Assembly (NCBI GenBank): GCA_038227875.1
Contig: JBBRPR010000010.1
Coordinates: 96,001 to 160,000 of the forward strand
Length of the DNA stretch: 64,000 nt
Direction of reading: 5' to 3'
Source of the DNA: Planctomycetota bacterium
GTDB taxonomy: Bacteria > Planctomycetota > SZUA-567 > H5-PLA8
Made by a program: the position numbers and the translations under genes. The notes under the pieces were generated by a model that saw only the letters and a list, made by a program, of their open reading frames with translations, did no database searches and had not been told where the DNA came from. This document shows positions 56,137 to 64,000 of the stretch, piece after piece (the first letter of the stretch is position 1; every line of letters starts with the position of its first letter).

Positions 56137-58350
56137 ATGCGCACTTCACTTACTCCCGTTCGCGATCTGATCCTCGTTGGAGGCGGGCACGCTCACGTCC
56201 AGGTGGTGAAGATGCTGGCGATGGACGGACCGCCGGACCTGCGCGTGACGCTGGTCTCCGAATACCCGACCGCGTTCTATTCCGGGATGTTGCCGGGTTG
56301 CGTCGCGGAATTGTACGAACCGCGCGACATCCAGATTGAGCTGCGCCCGCTGGCGCGCTGGGCGGGCGCGCGATTTATCGAGTCCCGTGTTGCGGGCATC
56401 GATTGGAAAGAGAAAGTCGTCCGCTTCGACGACCGGCCGGAGCTGGCGTACGACGTGCTCTCGTTGAATGTCGGATCGACAACGCGTGGCGGCGATGTGC
56501 CGGGCGTGCGCGAGCATGCGTTGATGACGCGGCCGATCAACACGCTGCTGACGAAGCTCGAAGCATTCGAGAAGAATTTTACGGGCGGGAAAAAACCGGA
56601 GGTCGTGGTCGTCGGCGGCGGCGCGGCGGGATTTGAGCTCTGCTGCGGCCTGCACGCGCGTTTCAACAAACGGTTTGGCGGCTGCCACATTACTCTGGTC
56701 GACAGCAATGCGGATATTTTGATGGAGCGCGGCGCGCGGACGACAGCGCTGGGGCGCAAGACGTTCAAAGAGAAGGGCATCGATGCCATCTTTAATGTTC
56801 GCGCCAAAAAAGCGGAGGCGACGTCGCTGGAATTGAGCGACGGACGGACGCTGCCGTTCGATCTGCTCGTCTGGGCGACGGGTGGAGCTCCGCCAGAACT
56901 GGCGGCGCGGACGGGTCTAGCCGTGGACGACGCGGGCTTCATCAAAATCAAGCGGACGCTGCAGACGGAATCGTCGCCGGATGTGTTTGCGGCGGGGGAT
57001 TGCGTGCAGCTTGAGGGGTTTCCGAAGCTGCCGAAATCGGGCGTTTACGCGGTGCGCGAGGGGCCCTATCTGGCGCACAACATCCGCGCGCATTTGCGGG
57101 ACGAGGTGCTGGAAGAATACGTGCCGCAGCGTGGATTTCTGGCGCTGTTGATGACTGGCGATAAAAGCGCGATCGGCAGCCGGAATGGTTTGGCGGCGCG
57201 AGGGAAATGGGTGTGGCGCTGGAAGGATTACATCGATCAGCGCTTCATGGACATGTTCGTGCCGCAGTTCATCGACCGTGTGCCGATGCGTTCGGGATTG
57301 CCGATCAACCGAGAACCGCCGGATCCGAACGAGGCGGTGCGCTGCGCGGGTTGCGGCGGGAAAGTTGGCGGCACGGTCCTATCGAAGGTGCTCGGTAAAC
57401 TGGAGCTGCACACGCATGCGCGCGTGCGTGTCGGGCTGGACAAACCCGACGACGCGGCGGTGGTGAAGATTCCCGATGGGCTGGAGTTGGTGCAGACGGT
57501 CGATCACTTTCGCGCGTTTCTCGAGGATCCGTACCTGGTAGGGAGGATCGCGACGATTCACGCGGCGTCGGATATTTTCGCGATGGGCGCCAAGCCCGAC
57601 ACGGTGCTCGCGTTTGCAACGCTGCCGCGGGGGAGCGACGACCTGGTGGCTCGCGATCTGGCGGCGGTGATGGCCGGAATCGTCCGGGAGACGCATGCGC
57701 TCGGCGCGTCGCTTGTCGGCGGGCACACAGACGAAGGTGAAGACCTTTCAGTCGGCTTGGTGTTCAACGGGCTGATCGATCCGAAAAAAATTCTGACCAA
57801 GAGCGGACTGCGCGTGGGCGACCGGCTGATTCTGACCAAGCCGCTGGGCACGGGCACGATTCTAGCGGCGGAGATGCGCATGCTGCCGGTGGGATCGGCG
57901 GTGAGCGCGGCGGTGAAATCGATGCTGACGAGCAATGGCGCGGCGGCGGAAATTCTGATCCGCTCCGGCGCGCATGCGCTGACGGACGTTACCGGCTTTG
58001 GCCTGGCGGTACATTTAAGCGAGATGCTGGAGGCCAGCGGCGTCTCGGCGGAACTGGAGCTTCAGAAACTGCCGCTGCTTCCTGGCGCGACGTGGTGTTT
58101 TGCGCAGGACGTGAACAGTTCACTGCACAATTCGAATCGGCGGCATCTGATTCATCGGTGGGAAGTGACCGGCGATCGCCAGCGCGGCGGGGAGATTCTG
58201 TACGACCCGCAAACCAGCGGTGGCTTGATCGCCGGCGTGGCGGAAGCCGATGTGAAAGCGGTTCTTGATCAACTCCACGCGGCGGGTTATGCCGAAGCGG
58301 CGGAGATCGGACGCGTGATCGCCGGCGAACGCGAACTGAAGATTGTATAA
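56137..58350 (+). CDS. selD: Selenide, water dikinase fused to an N-terminal pyridine nucleotide-disulfide oxidoreductase domain
   Basis: LVGGGHAH, YSGMLPG, GVYAVR, WKDYIDQRFM; then RCAGCGGKVG, DDAAV, QTVD.F, DIFAMG, GGHT, TKPLGTG, TDVTGFGL, DPQTSGGL. Confidence 0.92.
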   Translation: MRTSLTPVRDLILVGGGHAHVQVVKMLAMDGPPDLRVTLVSEYPTAFYSGMLPGCVAELYEPRDIQIELRPLARWAGARFIESRVAGIDWKEKVVRFDDRPELAYDVLSLNVGSTTRGGDVPGVREHALMTRPINTLLTKLEAFEKNFTGGKKPEVVVVGGGAAGFELCCGLHARFNKRFGGCHITLVDSNADILMERGARTTALGRKTFKEKGIDAIFNVRAKKAEATSLELSDGRTLPFDLLVWATGGAPPELAARTGLAVDDAGFIKIKRTLQTESSPDVFAAGDCVQLEGFPKLPKSGVYAVREGPYLAHNIRAHLRDEVLEEYVPQRGFLALLMTGDKSAIGSRNGLAARGKWVWRWKDYIDQRFMDMFVPQFIDRVPMRSGLPINREPPDPNEAVRCAGCGGKVGGTVLSKVLGKLELHTHARVRVGLDKPDDAAVVKIPDGLELVQTVDHFRAFLEDPYLVGRIATIHAASDIFAMGAKPDTVLAFATLPRGSDDLVARDLAAVMAGIVRETHALGASLVGGHTDEGEDLSVGLVFNGLIDPKKILTKSGLRVGDRLILTKPLGTGTILAAEMRMLPVGSAVSAAVKSMLTSNGAAAEILIRSGAHALTDVTGFGLAVHLSEMLEASGVSAELELQKLPLLPGATWCFAQDVNSSLHNSNRRHLIHRWEVTGDRQRGGEILYDPQTSGGLIAGVAEADVKAVLDQLHAAGYAEAAEIGRVIAGERELKIV

Positions 58351-58359
58351 CGAGGGACT

Positions 58360-59331
58360 ATGGCACGATTCGACGACTGTCTGACTCGAACCGGCCACGC
58401 GGAGCTTCGCGCGGATCGGATTTCCACGCTGCAGGTCAACGTCGGAAAGTATTGCAATCAGACCTGCCGCCATTGCCACGTTGACGCGGGTCCGCATCGT
58501 ATTGCCGAACAGATGACGCATGAGACGGCGCAGTTGATTGTGGAGGTGCTGACGCGGCATCCGTCGATCGAGACGCTGGACATCACGGGCGGCGCGCCGG
58601 AATTGAATCCGGAATTCCGCTTTCTTGTGCGCGAAGCGACGGCGCTGAAGCGGCACGTGATCGACCGCTGCAACCTGACGGTGATGTTCCAGGACGGGCA
58701 GCGCGAGCTGCCGGAATTTCTCGCGGCGCATCGCGTGCACGTGATCGCCTCGCTGCCGTGTTATTCCGAGGAAAATGTCGACCGGCAGCGCGGCAAGGGC
58801 GTGTTCGCCAGCAGCATCGCGGCGCTGAAGGCGCTGAACGCGCTGGGGTACGGCGCAGAAAATTCCGGACTGGCGCTGGATCTGGTTTTCAATCCGCAGG
58901 GGCCGAGTCTGCCGCCTCCGCAAGCTGCGTTGGAAGCGGATTACAAACGCGAGCTGGGGAAGCTGGGCGTGCGCTTCAACAGTCTGCTGACGATCACTAA
59001 CATGCCGATCTCGCGATTTAAATTGGATCTGGAGCATTCGGGAAAACTGCAGAAGTATACCGAGCTGCTGGAGTCGAAGTTCAATCCGACCGCCGTTGAT
59101 GATGTGATGTGCCGGTCGCTGATTTCGGTGAGCTGGGATGGGCGGCTGTTCGACTGCGACTTCAATCAGATGCTGGAATTGCCACTGGCTGAAAAGCCGA
59201 TCGCGCACCTTCGCGACTTTGATTTGGATGTGCTGCAGCGGCGAAAAATTCACACGGCGGAGCACTGCCTGGGTTGTACGGCCGGCGCGGGGTCGTCGTG
59301 TACGGGAGCGCTGTTGACGGGGGCGCGATGA
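58360..59331 (+). CDS. arsS: Arsenosugar-biosynthesis radical SAM protein (DUF3641 C-terminus)
   Basis: LQVNVGKYCNQTCRHCHVDAGP, DITGGAPELN, DRCNLT, ASLPCY, MCR, DCDFNQML, HCLGCTAGAGSSC. Confidence 0.92.
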   Translation: MARFDDCLTRTGHAELRADRISTLQVNVGKYCNQTCRHCHVDAGPHRIAEQMTHETAQLIVEVLTRHPSIETLDITGGAPELNPEFRFLVREATALKRHVIDRCNLTVMFQDGQRELPEFLAAHRVHVIASLPCYSEENVDRQRGKGVFASSIAALKALNALGYGAENSGLALDLVFNPQGPSLPPPQAALEADYKRELGKLGVRFNSLLTITNMPISRFKLDLEHSGKLQKYTELLESKFNPTAVDDVMCRSLISVSWDGRLFDCDFNQMLELPLAEKPIAHLRDFDLDVLQRRKIHTAEHCLGCTAGAGSSCTGALLTGAR

Positions 59332-60041
59332 GCGACGCGGCGGCGCCGCCAGAGGCGGGGCACTCGCGGCGGATTGTGCTGCTGGTCGTCACAGTGGCGG
59401 CGATCTCGGTCGCGTTTTTGTTTCTGCCGATGGCCCAGTACGTACAGCAGCTGCGCAGTTTTTTCGAACAGGCGGGCTGGTGGGGCAAGGCCGTTTATGT
59501 TTTCGCCTACATCGTCGCAACGGTGTGTCTGGTTCCGGCCAGCGCGCTGACGCTGCTGGCCGGCGGCGTGTACGGATTTGTCACGGGATTCGTGCTGACG
59601 GTGATCGCAAGCAATCTGGGCGCGCTGTGTGCGTTTCTGCTGGGGCGGAGCGTGCTGCGGACACGCGTGGAAGCTTGGGCGAAGAGCGCGCCGAAATTCG
59701 CGTCGTTGCGCGATGCGATCGGGCGGAGTGGTTTCAAGATTGTGATTTTAACGCGCCTCTCGCCGATCTTTCCGTTCACGCTGTTGAATTATGTGCTGGG
59801 ATTGACGACGGTTTCGACGGTTCGGTATGCGTTGGCGTCGTTTTTGGGCATGCTGCCGGGGACGGCGGTGTTTGTGTACCTCGGGGCGCTCTCGGGGGAA
59901 TTGGCGGGTGGCGAGCGGCCGCATACTCTGAAGCTGGCGTCGCAGATCGTCGGGCTTGTTGCTACGCTGGCGGCGACGTTTTTCATCGCCCGGGTGGCGA
60001 AGCGCGCATTGAACGAAGGCACTCCGCATGAGCAGTCCTGA
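59328..60041 (+). CDS. TVP38/TMEM64 (DedA/VTT) membrane protein
   Basis: ATGA overlap; VPASALTLLAGGVYG, RLSPIFPFTLLNY.LG.T, GMLPGT. Confidence 0.9.
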   Translation: MSDAAAPPEAGHSRRIVLLVVTVAAISVAFLFLPMAQYVQQLRSFFEQAGWWGKAVYVFAYIVATVCLVPASALTLLAGGVYGFVTGFVLTVIASNLGALCAFLLGRSVLRTRVEAWAKSAPKFASLRDAIGRSGFKIVILTRLSPIFPFTLLNYVLGLTTVSTVRYALASFLGMLPGTAVFVYLGALSGELAGGERPHTLKLASQIVGLVATLAATFFIARVAKRALNEGTPHEQS

Positions 60042-61545
60042 GCCCGATGACATTCACAACCGTGCGCTGCGCGCCAATGCGTTTCCGGAAGGCTACACGC
60101 ATCCGACGCCGGCGAAGAGATACAACCTGGTCGTGATTGGCGCGGGGCCGGCGGGCCTGGTCGTCGCGGCGGCGGCTGCGTCGCTGGGCGGAAAAGTGGC
60201 GTTGATCGAGCGGCACCGGATGGGCGGCGATTGCTTGAATGTCGGCTGCGTGCCGTCGAAGGCGCTGATCTCATCGGCGCGCGCGGCAGCAGCGGTGCGC
60301 GAGGCGGAGCATTTTGGTGTCGGCGTGGCAGCTCCGCAGGTGGATTTTCCGCGCGTGATGGAACGGCTGCGAAAACTGCGTGCGGAGATCAGCCGCGCGG
60401 ATTCCGTCGAGCGGTTTTCGGGGCTGGGCGTGGATGTGTTTCTGGGCGAGGGACGATTCACCGGGCCGGATGCCATCGAAGTCGGCAGCAAGACGTTGAA
60501 GTTCGCGCGCGCGGCGATCACGGTAGGCAGCGTGCCCTTCGTGCCGGAGATTCCGGGCCTGAAAGAGGTGGGATTCGAAACGAATCTCTCGATTTTCAAT
60601 CTAACGGAGCTTCCGGAGAGTCTGTGCGTGATCGGCGGCGGGCCAATCGGCTGCGAGTTGGCGCAGTCGTTCGCGCGGCTGGGATCACAGGTGACGCTGG
60701 TGCAGCGCGGCGGGCGGTTGCTGCCGCGCGACGACGCTGACGCGGCGAAAATCGTGCAGGCGAAACTGGAGGCGGACGGTATCCGCGTGATGCTCAACGC
60801 GAAGGTGACGGCCGCATCGAAGCTCAATGATCGCCAGCGGCAGGTCAGCGTAGAGTGTGATGGGAAGCAGATGCAGATTCCGTGCGCGACGATTCTGGTG
60901 GCGTCAGGACGCCGGACGGATCTGTCGGCGTTGAATCTCGGCGTGGCGAATGTGAAGTCCGACGAACACGGCGTGATCGTGGACGATTTTTTGCGCACGT
61001 CGAATTCGAACGTGTACGCGGCGGGGGATTGCTGTTCGGGATTCAAGTTCACGCACGCGGCGGATGCGATGGCGCGACTGCTGATTCGCAACGCGCTGTT
61101 TTTGGGGCGCGGGCGGGTGTCGAAGCTGGTGATTCCGTGGGCTACGTACACGGAGCCCGAGGTGGCTCACGTGGGCCTCACGACTGTTGATGCGGCCAAG
61201 CGCGGCATCACGACCGACGTGATCACCGTCGAGATGCGGGACGTGGATCGCGCGGTTCTCGACCACACACGCGAAGGCTTTGGGCGATTGGTGCTGCGAA
61301 AAGGCACAGACGAGATTCTCGGCGCGACGCTAATCGGGTCGCACGCGGGGGACATGATTCCCATCGCGGTGCTGGCGATCCAGAACAAACTCGGCGCGGG
61401 GAGTCTGGCGAGTTCGATTCTGCCGTACCCGACGGTCGGGGAGATCTGGCGGAAGCTGGGCGATGCGTACAACCGCACGCGGTTGACGCCGCGGTCGAAG
61501 GGAGTTCTGTCGGCGGTATTGCGGTGGCGCCGCGGCGGAGACTGA
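60028..61545 (+). CDS. Mercuric-reductase-like flavoprotein disulfide oxidoreductase
   Basis: GAGPAG, GGDCLNVGCVPSK, GGGPIGCE; no C-terminal CC; terminal motif ILPYPT. Confidence 0.85.
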   Translation: MSSPEPDDIHNRALRANAFPEGYTHPTPAKRYNLVVIGAGPAGLVVAAAAASLGGKVALIERHRMGGDCLNVGCVPSKALISSARAAAAVREAEHFGVGVAAPQVDFPRVMERLRKLRAEISRADSVERFSGLGVDVFLGEGRFTGPDAIEVGSKTLKFARAAITVGSVPFVPEIPGLKEVGFETNLSIFNLTELPESLCVIGGGPIGCELAQSFARLGSQVTLVQRGGRLLPRDDADAAKIVQAKLEADGIRVMLNAKVTAASKLNDRQRQVSVECDGKQMQIPCATILVASGRRTDLSALNLGVANVKSDEHGVIVDDFLRTSNSNVYAAGDCCSGFKFTHAADAMARLLIRNALFLGRGRVSKLVIPWATYTEPEVAHVGLTTVDAAKRGITTDVITVEMRDVDRAVLDHTREGFGRLVLRKGTDEILGATLIGSHAGDMIPIAVLAIQNKLGAGSLASSILPYPTVGEIWRKLGDAYNRTRLTPRSKGVLSAVLRWRRGGD

Positions 61546-61650
61546 TTTTTTTATCTCACGCAAAGCGCTAAGTCGCAAAGAACCGGCATTTTCCGTTTTC
61601 CATTTTGATTTTCCATTTTCCATTGCGCAGGCGGGTGAAACGGATTTTGT

Positions 61651-62391
61651 ATGCGTGATGTTTCGATTGTGATTCCGGTTTTGAATGATGCGGAGGCGTT
61701 GGGGCGCTGTCTGGCGGCTTTGAGAGCGGATCGGCCCTCGTTCACAGTTGAGATTCTGGTTTGTGATGGTGGCGGGGATGCGCGGTGCGCGGCGGTGGCG
61801 CGGGAATATGGGGCGCGGTATCTGGTTTCGGCGCCGGGGCGCGCGGTACAGATGAATGCGGGGGCGGAACTGGCGTCGGGGGAGTGGATCTGGTTTTTGC
61901 ATGCGGATTGTGTGCCGTCTGCAGGCTCCGTCGATGCGATTGCGCGAGTGGATGAGCGGCGGGGGTGGGGCTGCTTTCGGCATCGGATCGATGCGGCCGG
62001 AATGTCGCTGCGCTTGATAGAGGCGGCGGACAATCTGCGCGCGCGCTTAATGCGGATGCCGTATGGTGATCAGGGAATCTTTGTGCGGCGCGCGCTATTC
62101 TTTCGCGTCGGCGGATTTCAAAACGTACGGCTACTCGAAGATGTCCTGCTCGCTCAAGCGCTGGTGGAATTCGGTGCGCCGCGCGTGCTCCATCCGCTGC
62201 TTCATTCGGATGCGCGGCGCTGGCTGAAGCATGGCGTGCTGCGGACGACGTGGATGAACTGGCGCGTGATGTGGATGTATCTGGTTGCCGGCCAAAGTAT
62301 CGATGAGATCGCGGCGTACTATAAGGGTGGGCGTTCGCTGGGGAGCGCGCCAATCAAGCGGAGCGCTTCCAGCGTCTCAGGCGCGAGCTGA
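61651..62391 (+). CDS. TIGR04283-like GT2 glycosyltransferase (arsenosugar/rSAM-associated)
   Basis: SIVIPVLN, DGG, GRAVQMNAGA, FLHAD, PYGDQGIF, LLED. Confidence 0.9.
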   Translation: MRDVSIVIPVLNDAEALGRCLAALRADRPSFTVEILVCDGGGDARCAAVAREYGARYLVSAPGRAVQMNAGAELASGEWIWFLHADCVPSAGSVDAIARVDERRGWGCFRHRIDAAGMSLRLIEAADNLRARLMRMPYGDQGIFVRRALFFRVGGFQNVRLLEDVLLAQALVEFGAPRVLHPLLHSDARRWLKHGVLRTTWMNWRVMWMYLVAGQSIDEIAAYYKGGRSLGSAPIKRSASSVSGAS

Positions 62392-63032
62392 GGGTTGGCT
62401 TCGAGTCGTCGGCGCAACGGGAGCAGATCGGCGGGTTCGTCGACGTCCCACCAGACCAGTTCGCTTTCACGCGTGTCGATGCCCGCGGCGCGGATGCGGT
62501 CGCATTGTTGGCGTGCGGTCTCCGATGTTGACCACACGATGTTCTCGAAAACGCTTGAAGGCGCTTGCGCGGGCAAGGCCAGCAGCGCGTAGCCTCCGTC
62601 GGCGGTTTTCATGAGATAAGCGCGACCGTCCTGCGCGTAACGCAGGCCTGTGATGATGAAATCGATCGGCAGGTCGGGCGCATCGGTGCCGATGAAGACG
62701 ACCGGAGCCTTCACGTGAGATTTTACGGCGGCGAGGCGTTGGCCCAAGTCGCCGGGAGACTGGCTGAGCAGATCGATGCGGCGGTGCAGGTGGAGCGCGT
62801 GTATGCGAGTCGCGAAGTGTGCGGCGGCTTCCGGCGGATCGTAGCAGAGGAGCATGCGCGTCTGCGGCGCGAGTCCAGCGGCGAGGCGCGGCAGAAGATC
62901 GTTGAGGAACGCCGCGGAAAGACGTGCGGCTGCTTCTGCGCCAAGCGCGGGAATCAGGCGCGTCTTCGCTCGACCGGGGTGCGGTTCCTTGGCGAAGATG
63001 GCCAGCGTGCCGCTCGGGTCAGCTACGTTCAT
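62319..63032 (-). CDS. TIGR04282/DUF2064-like transferase (arsenosugar/rSAM-associated)
   Basis: IFAKEP.PGRAKTRL, Q..GDLGQRL, IGTDAPDL, ADGGYAL, IVWST, WDVDEPADL; ATGA-coupled to the Rieske gene. Confidence 0.9.
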   Translation of the reverse strand: MNVADPSGTLAIFAKEPHPGRAKTRLIPALGAEAAARLSAAFLNDLLPRLAAGLAPQTRMLLCYDPPEAAAHFATRIHALHLHRRIDLLSQSPGDLGQRLAAVKSHVKAPVVFIGTDAPDLPIDFIITGLRYAQDGRAYLMKTADGGYALLALPAQAPSSVFENIVWSTSETARQQCDRIRAAGIDTRESELVWWDVDEPADLLPLRRRLEANPQLAPETLEALRLIGALPSERPPL

Positions 63033-63514
63033 TTCTTCTTGGGCTTGGCCCAGTCGGGGAGTTCGGCCCAATCGCCCTGCTTGACGGTTTTTCCGGCATC
63101 AACGCTGATCGCGCCTTCCTTGGAAATTTCGGTGTGGTACCAATTCAAGGCCTGTGTGGCGGGGCCGCCGGAGGGATTGCCTTCCAGATCGAACATGCTG
63201 CTGTGCACCGGGCAGAAGATGTTCCCATCTTTATCGACGTCGAGTGTGTTGTGTTTGTGGGTGCAGATGGTCGACAGACACGCCACGCCCTTACTGGTAC
63301 GCGTCAGGATGACGTTGGGTTTTTCGATCTTCCGGGCTGTGTCATTGGCAATCCTGATCAGGTCCGCGATCTTGACCAGTCCAGGGGTGTCGTCGCCCCA
63401 CGTTCGCGTGGTGATGCCGGCGACGGCAATGGCCGAAGCACGCGCCAGCCATGCCAGGCAGTCGCGGCGGGACATGCCCTGGCCTTCAACCTGTTGCGCT
63501 TCCCTGTCGTTCAT
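63029..63514 (-). CDS. Tat-exported Rieske [2Fe-2S] protein
   Basis: SRRDCL twin-arginine leader; CTH...CPVH..MFD..G....GPA. Confidence 0.85.
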   Translation of the reverse strand: MNDREAQQVEGQGMSRRDCLAWLARASAIAVAGITTRTWGDDTPGLVKIADLIRIANDTARKIEKPNVILTRTSKGVACLSTICTHKHNTLDVDKDGNIFCPVHSSMFDLEGNPSGGPATQALNWYHTEISKEGAISVDAGKTVKQGDWAELPDWAKPKKK

Positions 63515-63550
63515 GAAACGAATCCTCGCCGCAAGCGGCCGTGAATGAAA

Positions 63551-64000
63551 TTAAAATCCCGTGGAGACACTGAACAAAAACGCGTGCAGGTGTTTCTTCA
63601 ACCCCGTTTCGCTTTCGTCGTAGTCCTGTCCCGCCAGGCCGGAGCCGAGCCAGTCGTTCTGGTAGTCGAACTTGAAGACCGTGTTCGGCAGCGGCCGGTA
63701 GCTGATCCCGGCGGTGAGACGCTGGACGGACGGGGTGGCGGGAAGCTCGTTGTCAAGGTTGACGTATTCGTAGCGCAACGCGGCGACGAGCTTGGGATCC
63801 TTGAACTTGCCGAAGGGCGAGTGGCTCAGGAAACCCGGCCAGAATTTGTAGTAGCCTTCGGCGTAATAACCCCACGCGTCTTGGCGTTTGCCGGTGATGT
63901 TGTTGCCGGAATCGGCGTGGTCGAGCGCCGCTTCGCCGCGGAAGCCGATGTTCTTTTTCTCCCACGAGACATCGGCGGCGGTGACGTACAAGCGGCCCGG
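63551..64000 (-). CDS. Outer-membrane beta-barrel/porin, C-terminal part (5' end outside the window)
   Basis: Frame open to the edge; GYYAEGYY, LRYEYVNLD, LTAGISYRP...VFKFDYQ, terminal F. Confidence 0.75.
   Translation of the reverse strand, partial: PGRLYVTAADVSWEKKNIGFRGEAALDHADSGNNITGKRQDAWGYYAEGYYKFWPGFLSHSPFGKFKDPKLVAALRYEYVNLDNELPATPSVQRLTAGISYRPLPNTVFKFDYQNDWLGSGLAGQDYDESETGLKKHLHAFLFSVSTGF

Noticed and set aside
60028..61545. Calling this gene merA
   Set aside because: No NmerA domain, no C-terminal CC and no merR/merT/merP nearby

Overview
High-GC bacterial chromosomal window, by gene content most likely Planctomycetota (inference from the MoxR/vWA/DUF4159 cluster, secretin-N-domain proteins, HEAT-repeat proteins and giant ECF anti-sigma proteins). 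No rRNA, tRNA, CRISPR array, transposase or integrase was recognised. Family names are recognised from motifs by eye, not from database searches. Layout: (1-14.8 kb) two divergent operons forming a MoxR AAA+/DUF58/BatA-vWA/DUF4159 envelope cluster that includes one motif-degenerate MoxR and a catalytically dead caspase-fold protein; rlmN; (16.1-30.1 kb) two ECF sigma/anti-sigma modules with two compact secretin-like genes, a ~2,570-aa anti-sigma/FecR/VIT/vWA/TPR/DUF2135 protein and a porin; (30.5-49.4 kb) mixed genes (heme-oxygenase-like diiron enzyme, MscS, TPR protein, HMA chaperone, TerC, receiver, DUF2760 with EVIKEVP repeats, arabinokinase-like kinase + GalE, RidA, HEAT proteins, STN/secretin-N protein, TonB-like protein); (49.5-56 kb) a KimA-like APC transporter divergent from kdpDE; (56.1-64 kb) a SelD-fusion + arsS arsenosugar-type cluster. 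The best candidates for undescribed biology are (a) the giant anti-sigma factor, whose low-GC ~3.5-kb centre is a mosaic of short fragments resembling envelope proteins encoded in this same window (porin N-terminus, secretin N-domains), suggesting an integrated bait/decoy region, and (b) the selenophosphate synthetase co-transcribed with arsenosugar genes. Several families of covarying palindromic intergenic repeats are also present.
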